Assembly: GCA_008632985.1 (NCBI GenBank)
Contig: QPGO01000042.1
Location: 496,001-555,567 of the forward strand
DNA from: Psammoneis japonica
Taxonomy: Eukaryota
Direction: 5' to 3'
Length of the DNA: 59,567 nucleotides
Position numbers and translations under genes: made by a program. Each line of letters begins with the position of its first letter. Position 1 is the stretch's first letter. Positions 12,401 through 24,383 of this stretch are shown piece by piece. Under the pieces are notes generated by a model that saw only the letters and a program-made list of their open reading frames with translations, had not been told where the DNA came from and did no database searches.

Positions 12401-13529
12401 TCAGCAAGCATCGTCACTCGCTGTGTGCTCGCCACCGTCGACTGTAACCACTTCGGCGTAATTTCGCAGTGCTTCGTCTCGAGTAGTGCAGACATCATGA
12501 GCCAATGATAGAAGACTAATCACTGCAACATCACTTCGAAATACGCGGCTTCCAAGGCTTACTTGCTGGAAGCCATGTCGACGAAAATGTTGGAGCTCAT
12601 CGGGCTCAAGCCAGCCACCTTCTGGTCCGACAGCTAAGACAATGCGATTACTTTCAGTAGGAAAGAGAACATTTCGCATTCGACGTGACTCGAGTCCATC
12701 AATTTCATATCGCTGGGATGAGCAATGACTCGAGAAAAGTCCGACATTGGAAAAATATCATCAAGCTCATTGTCGAGGAATCTCCGAAGATTTCTGGCAA
12801 TGTGTACTTTCGGCAAAGAGACGTCCCGGCTTGACACAGTCCCTCGATTAAGCGCTCATTCAATGCTTCGGGCTGCCGTAATAAATGCGAGCCAAAATAG
12901 TCCCTGGGGACTTTGTAGGATGAAGTCAAGACGAGTTGGTCAACTCCCAGCTGAGATATCATCGGCAGCATACGCCCCAGCTGCAATGGTCGCGGTAACG
13001 CTAGTATTAAACTGACAGGCATTTTCCGCCTTTCTTCAGGTTGCCGTTGTAGCTCATGTAATCGAAACCGCAGTGATCCCCGGGGATCCCCATTTTTTTG
13101 TGGCTTGGCCTCCTGCGTACCTTCCGAAATCCATTCCACCATTGCCTTATCAGTCATCAAACCGTGCTTTCCATCTTTTCCCACAAGCCCCGCTCGGACA
13201 GTATCGCCGGTTTCGATGCCCAGGATTCTTGCGGAATGAATTGTTCTATAATCCTGCTTTGGTAGAGTGATGGTAGGAACTTCCGATGACAATGCGCAAT
13301 CTACTTCAGAAGGGTCAAACAAAAAGCGATTCAACCTACAGGACACCGAGGAATGATAATGACAGCGTCTCAATCCCGGAAAACGACTCGTACTGCAGGT
13401 CTTGACATCATGTCGTGATTTGTAGCGACACGAATTCATAAAATGATTTTGAGATTGGGATGCAAATGCCGAAACCTCATGCAGAAACGGAGAATGGCCA
13501 AATCGTAGCGCCACAACCAGAAGGGCCAT
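12401..13529 (-). CDS. rsmE: 16S rRNA m3U1498 methyltransferase RsmE, probably plastid-targeted; two apparent -1 frameshifts (~12826, ~12687)
   Basis: 'LILALPRP', 'LIEGLCQAG', SPOUT knot 'LAVGPEGGW..E..VSLGSRVFRSDVA'; leader MALLVVAL...VSAF resembles a diatom bipartite plastid signal. Confidence 0.85.
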
Positions 13530-13975
13530 GGTATTGCGATAAAGAGTAATTCTGAGGATTTTGCATGCGCTTTGTGTGCAGGATACGACTGTAAAGGATT
13601 GCATTAGGAACTATGGTAGCCGTAGAACTAATCTCTTCGAAACAAACACTACTGGTAGAAGTGGCAACACATTGCGGAATTACAGCAAGCGCAAGCCCAA
13701 AAGCTCCAAAGCGACAATAAGCGATCGATCATCGATTCGATCGAGCAAGGAGTGATGAAGCACAAGCGCCTGGAAACGATGAGAGACCCGGAAATGAAAT
13801 TCCGCTTCCAGCTTGCAATAAAGAAAATTGCACTCTACTACTACTACTCTAGCTAGAGCTCTATGTTGTAGAGGGGTATTTTTTGAGTGCTGTTGAGTGT
13901 CGATTTTGCGTCGATTTGGAAGATTCTCTTAATGTAGAAGTACGTCGTACCAGGTACGGTATATTCTAGAAGTAG

Positions 13976-16151
13976 CTAGAGTAAATCAGGCATGAGCGCG
14001 CACAAGATGCTGTCCTTCCTTTTGCTCAGTTCCTTGAAGTTTCCTGTCTCGACTACCTTTCCCTCGCCAAGGACTACAATAGTATCAGCAAGCTCAAGTG
14101 TACTTGCACGGTGCGTAATGAGTAGAAGACCTCGCGATTGGTTGCCGCCAGATCCCCTGCATGCAGATACGGCATCAGCAACTGCTTGTTCACCTTCCGA
14201 ATCAAGAGCAGACGTTGGTTCATCTAGGACTAAGAGCATCGGGTCGGTAAGCAAGGCACGAGCCAGTCCAAGACGCTGTCTCTGGCCTCCGGACAATTTT
14301 TCTCCGTCCTTTCCCACCTGATGATAGAGGCCGTCGTCTAGTTTTGATATGAATGAATTGCAGTTTGTCATCTTCAACACACGGCCTACTTCCTCTGTCG
14401 TTGCTTCCGGGTTTGTATACCTCACATTCTCCATTATTGAAGTATCTAAAGTGAAGAGAGAGCACAACGAAGTGAGCAATCAAAAAATGGCGGCCTAACA
14501 ACGACTTTCAAGCAAAACGCGACTCACTGAACAACGCCGGACTTTGAGGAACGACTTGTACAAGCTTCTTCTTGTTTGTCCTGCTGAGGCCATTGTAGTC
14601 GACGCCGCCAGAAACTGTTATGCTTCCTGCAAGTGGTGTATATAACGCAGCGAGAATTGCGGCCAATGTGGTCTTCCCAGATCCGTTCTTTCCTACTAGA
14701 GCAACTATCGCACCTCGTTTCAGCTCCAAGGAAATGCTCTGCAAGACCAAAGCTTCCGGATTGGACTTGTAAGCAAATGAGACGTCATTCATTGAAATTG
14801 ACTCCACACCCGACGGATCAAAATCATCCTTTGCCTGTCCGAGGCCTACGTCTTCTTTAGTTGGTTCCTGTGGAGCGGTTTGTGGGCTATCTGTAAGGCG
14901 GAACACCCTTTCTGCACCAACCATTCCTTTCATGATATCAAACATCCCGCTTGAAACTCCGCTAGTGCCCAAGCCTAACAAGAACGTGTACGTCGCAAAG
15001 CTCGTCAATTCACCAGCCGTCATTCGCCCGGCTGCAACAGCCTTTCCGCCGGCATTAAACACCATAAAAAGTGCTCCAGAGGACGCCGCAAAAATGAATC
15101 CCATAAAGAGTCCATTTGCAACCGATACTTTTCTTCCTTGAGATAGACATTCCTGCTGAAGCGCAGCGTACCGTTCCACTTCGTCAAGCTCCCGGTTTGA
15201 CATTTTCACCATTCCAATGTGGCAAAGTCGCTCTTCTATGAACGTGGTAGCAAGAGTAGATAGATCTCTCTGACGTCCGGTCGCGCGCTTGATAAACTTC
15301 CGAAGCAACACTGCAGCCGTTCCAATCAAAGGGACAATGCTGAAGGATAACCCAAAGAGTGTTGGATTGAGCCGCACCATGTGGTATGTCGAAAAGGCAC
15401 AGGCACATGACGATCGAATGACATTGGCAATTTTCTTTGTTAACATTTGGGCAACTTGTGAAACATCGTCATTCAAAATGGACACAATTGCCGCCGGGGA
15501 CATGCCTGTTCCAACCGGCACAACCTGTTCTAGTTTCTGTTTCTTCTGTCCCTGTTGCCTGCTGCCTTTGCTATCGTCACGAGGTTCTTCCTGAGTTTCC
15601 TTTTCGACGACAGAGCTTGTTTGAAACCATTCTAAGTCTTTTCTTGTTAGAAGACTCTTGACAGCCTCGGTTCTTAGTCGAACAGCAATGCCATCTTCAG
15701 CTCGGTTGAGCATGGTGGTTCGAAGGAACGAAGCCACTCCCCCACCCAAAACAACGAATGAGAGCGACAGTACAGTAGAAGGGTCCACCCCAGAAACAGG
15801 AGTTGCCGTAGTCGCAGGTTTCTGATCCAGAAGCTTGCCGAGTAGCCTCGGGATAGCTTGGTTGGATAGAGACGACGCAATCATGGCCATCGAACCTATC
15901 GCAATAGGTTGAATCTGTCTCATGGCCTCCGCCCTCAGGCGCTTCTTGAGCTCCTGTTTATCCGTGTTCTGTTCTGTCTCCGATTGTTTCGACATCTTGC
16001 GCATATCGAATACTGGGTTTGGATCTTCCGTTGCTTCGGGTGTTGTTGTGCCTTTTGTGATCAGCAAACTGTTGCTTCCATGCCACCACCAAACAGTATG
16101 ATATACTCTTGTAATGCATAACCTTCCGCAGAACGCAGAACCTGCCTCCAT
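13976..16151 (-). CDS. ABCB-family half transporter (ABCB10/Mdl1-like); intron 14527-14446; start uncertain
   Basis: TMD followed by Walker A GKNGSGKT, Q-loop VPQSPALF, signature LSGGQRQR, Walker B LVLDEPTSALD, H-loop ITHR. Confidence 0.9.
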
Positions 16152-16557
16152 CGATTGCTTCCAATTTCTCTTTCGTTTTGAACGGGTTCTGATGCCATAA
16201 CCTTACCAAAATAACGGTAGGGCTACGTGGCCGAATATACTCCTCGTGGCCAAAGTATCGTGACGTCATCTGCAATTAATTGGGTGGTGGTTTATCCGTT
16301 TTTGGGATTTGTACTTTTCAACGCCGCGCGCCATTTTTTTTTTCACCCTGTCGATTTGGTGGACTGTACTGTAGTGGCACGTGCACAGGCCGCCAACCGG
16401 CACAGACAGTGTATGTAAAGTATGTTGTATGATACAGCGGAGAAAGGATAAGCGAAAGCGAAACTGGAAACGCAATTACGCTGCAACCCTCAACTTCCTT
16501 GTTTCGAAAATCGACGAAAACCAACTATTTCATTCACCAAGAAGTGAGTGATGTACC

Positions 16558-18612
16558 ATGGACGACCTCCTTGCTCTAATGGATGGCGTCGATGACGAAG
16601 ACATCGGTCAGACTCACGAAAGACGCGATACGACGGTAGATGCAATTGTCAGCGACAAAGGACGGCATCAAGCGAGTGAAAAAGATTCTATCTCGTCAGT
16701 CAGAAGACATGGTCAGTCTTCGACATTGGCTGTTTCGAACGGGTCGCCGCCGCGTAAAGAAATGCCGGGGAATGGCGCAGAAACTGTAGCCGACGGCAAA
16801 ATCGGCATTCGGATCTCCAACAGGCTTATTTCTAGCATCGAATTGCTCGATTTGATATCCACTAATGACTATCGCTCTACAGCTTCTATAAGTGCTATGA
16901 GTCTTGTGGCCTTGAACGGTATCCTTGTGGAGCCAGCAACAGTTGTTTCGAATGATACAGTGTGTGGAAAGACGAGCATTATGACAGTCGGCATTGTCTT
17001 TCGAAACACTGGAACGAGGATATCTTCAACGGGAAGTGCGTACTGCATTCTGGCGGTTGGAAACTTAAACACGGGTCCCGTTGTGTCTGTGTTTCTGTTT
17101 GGCAATGCCTACAGCCGACTCTGTACCAAATGTCCGCCGGGTGCGGTCGTGGCATTGATTGCCCCGAGCTTGCTCTCTCCCAGAGCAGATGGGAAGGACA
17201 ACGGCGGCACTACAGTAACATTCTCAATGCAAGACGAGAGACAACTTTTGCGCCTTGGAAATGCTCGTGACTACGCGACTTGCAAAGCTACCGTTGGAAG
17301 GAAACGTGCAGACGGGAAATGGGTTTCAAACGCAGGGACGTGCAAGAATCATGTTGATACACGCCTTGGTCCATACTGTAAAGTTCACTACAAATTTGGA
17401 CAAAAGAAGCCGGGGAGTTTGACTACCGGGAGCAAATGTACGAGTAGTTTGAGAAAACTGAAAGTGGATCATCGAGTTGCACAAAACACCGGTGCCGTGC
17501 GTGGTGGCTTCGCGGCACCAAGCGCAGCTGTCCAAATAATGACATTGTCAACACCGGCTGGACCTGTTGTCACCCATGTGCCGCAGTCTACTATGCCGAC
17601 GGCTATGCAAGGCGTTGCTTCCACGGCCAGCACGCCCAAAATGAAAACCTTGCTTGCTCCGATGCATATGAAGAAAAAACAAGCTCCTGCATTGCTCGGT
17701 CAAAGATCAGGAGACACGCTTCATGGTCAATGCCTTGGAAACGTCAATCCTTACTCTGCTAGCCGCCCTCTCCAATCGAACCGAGCCCCGCTCAACCCGA
17801 TCAACCAGAAGCCTTCATCTTTGCAGAGCAGAAACTCAAATCGGCATCGTCAAGATTGGTTGTCTGGTGAAGCGACTAGCAAGAAGAACAAGAAACCCAC
17901 TGGCAGAAGTGCTGCTCATATTTCTACACAGCAGAAGCGACGTGCCGTCAATATGGATACTTCTGACTATAATGGTTCTGTACTAGTTCCTAAGCCAAAC
18001 AAGCTTTTCAGTTCGGTAGCACCGGCGTTGACCTCACGTACAAACTCAAGTCTTGCAGAGGCTTCAAGTCAACCTTCTGCTCAAGAGATACGAAACAGGC
18101 AGAAAGCTCTTGCTCAGACTATTAAACAAGGTTCGGCAAAGACCCCCATTTCTGGAAGGCGTCTTTCTTGCGTGCCATCCAAGAAAGTTGTCGACGCTAC
18201 TTCGGTCAAGGATTCACCCTTTAGCAGATTCGACAATATTGATATCGAGAAAATCAACGCGACAAACAGTCGATTTCAAAGCGAGGCTGACGCCGAGCTG
18301 TATGCCAAGAGTAGAAAGGCAATGATAGAACTTGAACGGCGAGAGCAAAAGAAGGAGTGGAAGTCTAATCTTGGAGGTAGAGGCGCAAATACTGGAGAGA
18401 GCGCGATTGAAAAAGAATGGATCTGTGACACCTGTCGTAGGACTACAAAAGTAAAGCCTGGCGCCTGCTTACGTTCGTCCCACAAGGTTCGCATGAAACG
18501 AAGCGTAAGATTAGTCGAGACTGCAGCTAACAAGCGCCTTCAATTGCAGAACAAGAATGTTAGTGATGGAGGTTTGGTTCTCGGAAGAGGCATCGAATGG
18601 GGCAGGAAGTAG
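16558..18612 (+). CDS. MCM10: DNA replication factor MCM10-like
   Basis: 'IGIRISNRLIS', OB-fold 'VSVFLFGNAY..GAVVALIAP', zinc finger 'LGNARDYATCKA..CKNHVD..YCKVH', C-terminal CxxC. Confidence 0.8.
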   Translation: MDDLLALMDGVDDEDIGQTHERRDTTVDAIVSDKGRHQASEKDSISSVRRHGQSSTLAVSNGSPPRKEMPGNGAETVADGKIGIRISNRLISSIELLDLISTNDYRSTASISAMSLVALNGILVEPATVVSNDTVCGKTSIMTVGIVFRNTGTRISSTGSAYCILAVGNLNTGPVVSVFLFGNAYSRLCTKCPPGAVVALIAPSLLSPRADGKDNGGTTVTFSMQDERQLLRLGNARDYATCKATVGRKRADGKWVSNAGTCKNHVDTRLGPYCKVHYKFGQKKPGSLTTGSKCTSSLRKLKVDHRVAQNTGAVRGGFAAPSAAVQIMTLSTPAGPVVTHVPQSTMPTAMQGVASTASTPKMKTLLAPMHMKKKQAPALLGQRSGDTLHGQCLGNVNPYSASRPLQSNRAPLNPINQKPSSLQSRNSNRHRQDWLSGEATSKKNKKPTGRSAAHISTQQKRRAVNMDTSDYNGSVLVPKPNKLFSSVAPALTSRTNSSLAEASSQPSAQEIRNRQKALAQTIKQGSAKTPISGRRLSCVPSKKVVDATSVKDSPFSRFDNIDIEKINATNSRFQSEADAELYAKSRKAMIELERREQKKEWKSNLGGRGANTGESAIEKEWICDTCRRTTKVKPGACLRSSHKVRMKRSVRLVETAANKRLQLQNKNVSDGGLVLGRGIEWGRK

Positions 18613-18962
18613 TGGTTTACGAGATGACTTGGAACAGGCGATCACCTAGGCTTCCAAAGTGTTTTCTGTGAAACTTCAGCTGTAGTCGTTGAAACTAAAG
18701 ATGTTTGTTAAAAGTGTCGCAAGAGGTACCGGCAAGCGAGAGCCAAAGTGGGGCAAACCGTGAAATACGAAAATGAGGTTAGACGATTGGTTGACTCGGA
18801 AATAGAATTTACAAAAAGTGGTTGGCTACTAGGACAGAACTAGCGTCAGAGCTCTTTTCAATTCTATCAGATACACTGCTACCACAGTACGGCTGTCGGA
18901 AACTACAGAGGAAAACCTACGCGTCATTTTCGCAGAAGCCCACAACTATAGCAGCTCATGAA

Positions 18963-19606
18963 TTAGTGGGCTTCCTTCTCACAATGCTCCTTGTAAGCAT
19001 CCTCACCCATCAAGTCGTCAACCTCGCTAGCGTCCGACATTTCGACCTTGATAAACCAAGCGCCGCTTTCCGCATCACTGTTAACCATTCCGGGTTCATC
19101 ACCAAGCACTTCGTTGACCTCGGTGACGGTTCCGGACACAGGTGCGTAGACATCAGACGCGGCCTTTACGGACTCCACGCTTCCGAAAGAGTCGCCTTTT
19201 TCGAACTCGTCTCCGACCTCTAGAAGAAAGACTAACCGATGAGTTGTTTCGTGAAGAAAAAGGCCTATTCAATCGCACAAAGACACTAACGCACCTGGGA
19301 GGTCGACAAAAACAATGTCACCAAGAGCCGCCTGGGCAAAGTCAGTGATTCCGATAGTCCCGATGTTACCATCAACCTTGCAGTACTCGTGGGCTTAGTT
19401 ACACGGCGGAAAAAAAATTGAGAGTAGTGACAAGAGCATCACAATACCAAGAAGAAGCAAGACCTCTGTCCATCGGCCTTACCTGGAGTGAAATAACTAG
19501 AAGCGAAGCGGACCGAGCGGACAGGAGACCCAACTCTCAGCTGAAAAGCCTTTCCCATAGACCGCCCTGCGACAGAACGCATCAATAGTGTTGCCGCTGT
19601 TGCCAT
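18963..19606 (-). CDS. gcvH: Glycine cleavage system H protein, mitochondrial; exons 19606-19483, 19393-19295, 19219-18963
   Basis: Spliced product '[53 protein letters not shown]' with lipoyl-lysine motif. Confidence 0.95.
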
Positions 19607-19804
19607 TCTTTCAAGTTGTTGTCGATCAAGTGGGAGTTGTCAAGCCAGAGCCAGAACAGCCAACAGCATTGTGCGCATGCATGATGCATGAAACATGAGA
19701 TGAAGCGAGCGAAGATGCGATGACGCACACGTCATTTTTGACTTTGATCGGGCGGGCGAAAAATCTTCGATGACGTCAGCGACAATGTAATAATCCAATT
19801 TCAG

Positions 19805-19830
19805 ATATATATATATATATATATAATATA
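19805..19830. repeat. (TA)n microsatellite
   Basis: atatatatatatatatatataatata. Confidence 0.9.
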
Positions 19831-19879
19831 TTACGGTACTTCTATCCCCCTTCATCTGCCCAAAAAAAAAGTATGATAG

Positions 19880-20192
19880 AAGTAGACTAGGGCCTACTCG
19901 CTATCTCTAACTACTCTCGCTCTAGGGCTATTCATTTTATTCTCCTATCTACTGCACTCTCTACAGTAGTAGCTAGCTAGAGCTACTCTAGAGTTAGTAG
20001 TAGGGCCCTCTAGAGTAGCTAGCTAGAGAGTAGAGAGCACCGGTAGAGTCCTACTAGTAGTAGCTAGCTCTACTGTAGAGACTATGGTAGTTACAGGGGT
20101 AGCTAGAGTAGAGAGAGACAGAGAGAGAGAGAGAGACAGAGCTCTACCGGTACCGTAGCTTAAGCTAGCTAGTAGAGAGAGCTCTAGCTAGT
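19880..20192. repeat. Low-complexity TAG/CTA/(AG)n tract
   Basis: Dense TAGCTAG, CTAGAG and TACTAG words; (AG)n run at ~20110-20140. Confidence 0.75.
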
Positions 20193-20553
20193 TGTGAATA
20201 TTATATATTTTTTGTCGGTGATCCTTCCACTGGCTAATTTGGCCCTGTCCGATGAACGGCGTGACACACTAACCTACGAAACATGGTGACGAAGTCGGTG
20301 TGATGCGGCAGGTTCGATCGAAGGACGCAGAAAATTATGTTCTAGGAAACACAAAGAAAACAGAAATCTACCTCTAGGACGGTGGATTGATCGGATGTCC
20401 ACAATTTTACGTTAAAACGAACAAAAGCATGGAAACACAGTCTTAACATTTTAAAAAAAGAAGGATCAAGAAGCACCGCAAACACATTTGTCAAAGCCGG
20501 ATGATTGCAAACAAAATAGCAAACTTGTAGACAGCAACAAGAACCGACTGACT

Positions 20554-21920
20554 TCACTTCACTCCCAAGGCACGTTGGATTTTGTGATGCTCTTTCAGCT
20601 GAAGATAGTTAATGGTTCCATTCAGAATGACGAACGAGCCCACGATCTGGGTAGTCCGAATCATGACTCCTCTTGGGAACAGAGTAGCAAAAACGGTCCT
20701 CGTCATGTTCTTTGCCGTTGTCGGCCAGGCTTCAACCGCCTTGTCGACTACGGGCGGCACACTCTTGTCCACAAAAGATCTGTATAAATCAGGATACGAA
20801 CGATGCGGTTCCAACAGTTTGTACGTGGAAATGTTGTGGGGCACATGCGAGAAGTAACCTGAGACGACGCCAGCAAACAGACTGCCAGTTGCATTGGCCA
20901 TCATCGCGTTTCCAGGAAAAAGCGGTTGTAACCGCTCCTCAAAGTAATCACTGAGCTGATTGAGACCAAGACCAAATATTATTTCACGTCCAGCACGCGG
21001 GAGGACTCCTCGCATCCATCGGGTAGCCATGTGTTCTGAATTCATATGCCCGGCATTCGAAGCCTCCAAGACACTTGAGATAGGAGTCATAATTATACCC
21101 GGAGCAAGAGCCGTGGCAAGTCGAACTGCATTGGGCAGGTCGTACTCGTCTGGATCAACTCTATGTTCAAAGAATGCTCGGAGCCCCTTGAAGCCGGTAA
21201 TGTATGCAATCCTCATCGGCACCTGCAAGGGTCGCGAAAAACAAAGGCATCAGCTCGGTGACAAAAGGTTCGGGTAATATCATGGCACCCCGACACGGAA
21301 ATGAAAATTACCTGTATGTGCATGTTTGGAAAGAGTTCCGCCTTGACGCCTGTCAAACGGGCATTTAGCATGGAATTCAGCGCCGAACGATAGTACGATT
21401 CGATACCAGCAGCGATTGAAACCGCAGGGACATTGACATCAGCCTGCTTTTGTTCCAACAGCGGAGTAGAGAACTTTTTGGAACCACAGCGCAGTTGTTC
21501 GCAAAGTGCTTCCGCCATCGACATGGTTATCTCAGGCTTAGCCTTGAGCGTTTTTAGCAGATCGTCCCTCTTCATTTCGTAAACCTTGCATGATTCCGAA
21601 ATGCACTGCACAGTTGCAAAAACGGGAGCTGCTGCCAACACTCGCATGGAATGAATAGACTGCGCCTTGAACGGATACTCGACGGTTTGCGCTTTTCCAG
21701 TTTCAGGGTCCTCGCGTGTCCGTCGAATCTCTCCCGATTCTAAGAGGAAAAATCGATCTGTAGGGTCGTCTTGGTGAAGAAGTTTTTCGTTGTGCACCAA
21801 AACGCGGGTTCTCATTTGCTTCGTAAGCGTCTTGATGTGATGAGGTGCAACTCGCTCAAACATATCCGCCGAAGCGAGGAGTTTCTCACAAGCTTCGGTA
21901 TCTTCTTTAGACATTGGCAT
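20554..21920 (-). CDS. Cyclic-nucleotide-binding domain fused to a degenerate mitochondrial-carrier-like membrane domain; intron 21311-21223
   Basis: cNMP fold 'LLHQDDPTDRFFLLESGEI..ATVQC..CKVYEMKRDD'; C-terminal 'MRGVLPRAGREIIFG', 'AGVVSGYFSHVPH' resemble carrier repeats. Confidence 0.6.
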
Positions 21921-22561
21921 GGTTGCAACTTTCAATTTGTGGTGCTATCTCTAAAACCAGTGCAACACAAAAACCTTTGGGGCTGCAATTGGTGCGCTTG
22001 CATCCAGACTAGATCTTATATGCGAAAATGCACGCCAAATTGCAAATACTGTGTAGTAAATGCGCTAAAGATCGCGACGTCAGGTAGGTCGTGATGCTCG
22101 TACTCATGCCGTGTAGTATCCGCGACCATGATGTCACACGGGTGGGACGAAGACGTGCAGACGAAAATCGCTGTTTGTGAGCGAGCGAGCGCTACTACGG
22201 CACCGGCAGGGCCCAACAGTCTTACGGAACATTAAACCAGGAACAGTCCTGACACGTCGCCGTTAAACCGAAATGGTCTAATTTTCATTGACTGCTCCAA
22301 GCATCCTCTACAGGAATTAGCACCAAGGCCACAGGCTCGGGTCAGTGGTTCTGGAAAATTAAACCAGCGTCGTTCAACACTCCGAAGCTGCTGCGCGCTT
22401 GCCGCGCACACCTCCTTTGCTCTCTCTTTTCCAGCTGTCTGCACTTCTCTCTTGACATTTCGAGCACTCACCCCCACCCCATGTTGTGGTTGTCACCTGC
22501 AATGGGCAGCACGGTGCTGTCTCTTTTCGCTCATTGTTGTCACAGCCGTTGTCAATCAACC

Positions 22562-23233
22562 ATGCCAGGAGGAAGTGCAGCTGCTCGAAATGATGGGCGT
22601 GTGCACCCCCATCAACGCAACACTGATGACTCTGCACTGATGGTCAGGGGCAACTTGGATTGGCCCCCAGACCTTGTCGAAAAATGCAATGAAACTGCGA
22701 GGATGACCATCGGCGACAAGTGCAGACGAAACTGTCGCCAACGACTTGCACGAACTGCAAAGTTTTGGAAAGAAAATGATCCTGATTGTTGTGCTGTTGG
22801 CATTCAACCGGTTTCAGTGGAAGATCTGGCTGATGAGACAAAGTGCTTTTTCAATTCTTGCCAAGAAGACCTCATGCATGCTGGCATGAATGACAAGTTT
22901 GTGTCACATTTTTTAGTGTCAAACAAGCTCAAGGAGGATGGAAAGCTCAAGTCATTCCAGGACATGCGGAAACACAAAAATGCCATCATGTGGGGTGCCA
23001 AGATGGTGTCTGCTTGCTTGCCTCAGAGCTTCTGTGAAATGTTCAACACTTTCCTTGCCGGGCACAAGAAGGAATTCGTGCAAGCAAAGAAAATGTGTGA
23101 AGTTGATGACAGCTCAGCTGATCCAATCCCAGTGTTGCTGCACAAGTTGATGCTCATGTGGGCCTTGGAGACAAACAACTTGTTTGTGTGGTTTTGGACC
23201 GTCATGCAATGGAATTTCATGGCCAGGTCATGA
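22562..23233 (+). mobile_element. Crypton-like (tyrosine-recombinase DNA transposon) 5' fragment, truncated and TpA-mutated
   Basis: 'FVWFWTVMQWNFMARS' resembles the stramenopile Crypton YR motif (xQWNLMAR); reading ends abruptly at 23233. Confidence 0.55.
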
Positions 23234-24138
23234 TGGAGTTGGAGCCGATGGAACTCTTCTTCATGCTCATCAATCGAACCGTCTTCAGTGGAACTGTGGC
23301 AATGCTTTGTTTTCGGGGCGGGCATCGTGCGGCGAAAGAGTTGGCCACGCGCCATGGCCTCACACTCTGCCATGGCCTCACACTCTGCTGGTGCCAGAAG
23401 TGGAGCAGTGACCAAACCAACTCAACCTGGTTTGTGCCCAATTGTTGGATGCACTTCCTTTTGCACTGTTCCCGATCACAAGTGCAAAAACAAGCAATGC
23501 AACAAGTGCATCCACTGCTTGTGCACGCAACGTTGCAGCTTGATGAGTGCAGAGAGTGAACTGAGCATGCATTGTTCAATTGCGCGCAAAGGCAGTGACC
23601 AGTTGTTTTGCACTTAATTGGCACAGTGTCATGGTTGCATTTTGCTTTTATAACGGGGTCACAAGAAGCACTGCTGGTGGTCGATTTGGTCTCCTTTTGG
23701 TGCCGACTGCCGATGTTGATTCATTGCTGGTTGACAAAGGGGGGGAACACGGTGCCACCGGTGCCTCTTCTGACTTAGAGAAAATTTGGAAGCACTGCTC
23801 ACTTCGTCGCAGCAATGTGGGAGGCTTTGCACTTTGCACAAATCAACGAAGTGACAGGTCTTGCAATCGAGTGAGTCAATCTTGTTAGACTGGGCTGGTT
23901 TAATTTTCCTTGCCACTCTGCAGCAGCTCAGAGCAAGCAAGCAAGCACTCGAGCGAGACGACAGATGCAACGCCACTTTTCTCTAGATTTTCAACTCTCC
24001 ATCGCACATCATTGAGATGCCCGCTTGTCAAAGCACTGAGCATCCCCATGGGAATTCACAGACTTCTGCCACAGGTGCCTTTGCCCCCAGCTGAGCCAAA
24101 GAAGACATTTTGCAATCTGAGTTTTGGAGGGAAAAACC

Positions 24139-24383
24139 TGACAGGATTTGAACAAGATTTTAGTTTGTCACACATGATCATGTGTGCTCTTAGTTCCACG
24201 TGCTTCATGCAATGCAGTTTGCTTTTGAGCCACACAGCTCACAAGAATGACAACAGTGGTGCAGACATCACAACACCAGTCTTTCGGCTCCTGCAACGGT
24301 CTCTGCAAGGAGACTCATCTGCCATTTGGACAGCAGCAAGGAGCTGTTGTTTTCTTCCACCCAGTCATCTTCAATTTCTGTCA
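24139..24383 (+). repeat. Copia 5' LTR
   Basis: Direct repeat of 30775-31019; TG...CA ends. Confidence 0.95.

Noticed and set aside
23352..23389. 18-bp tandem duplication ccatggcctcacactctg
   Set aside because: Two copies only; ordinary slippage.
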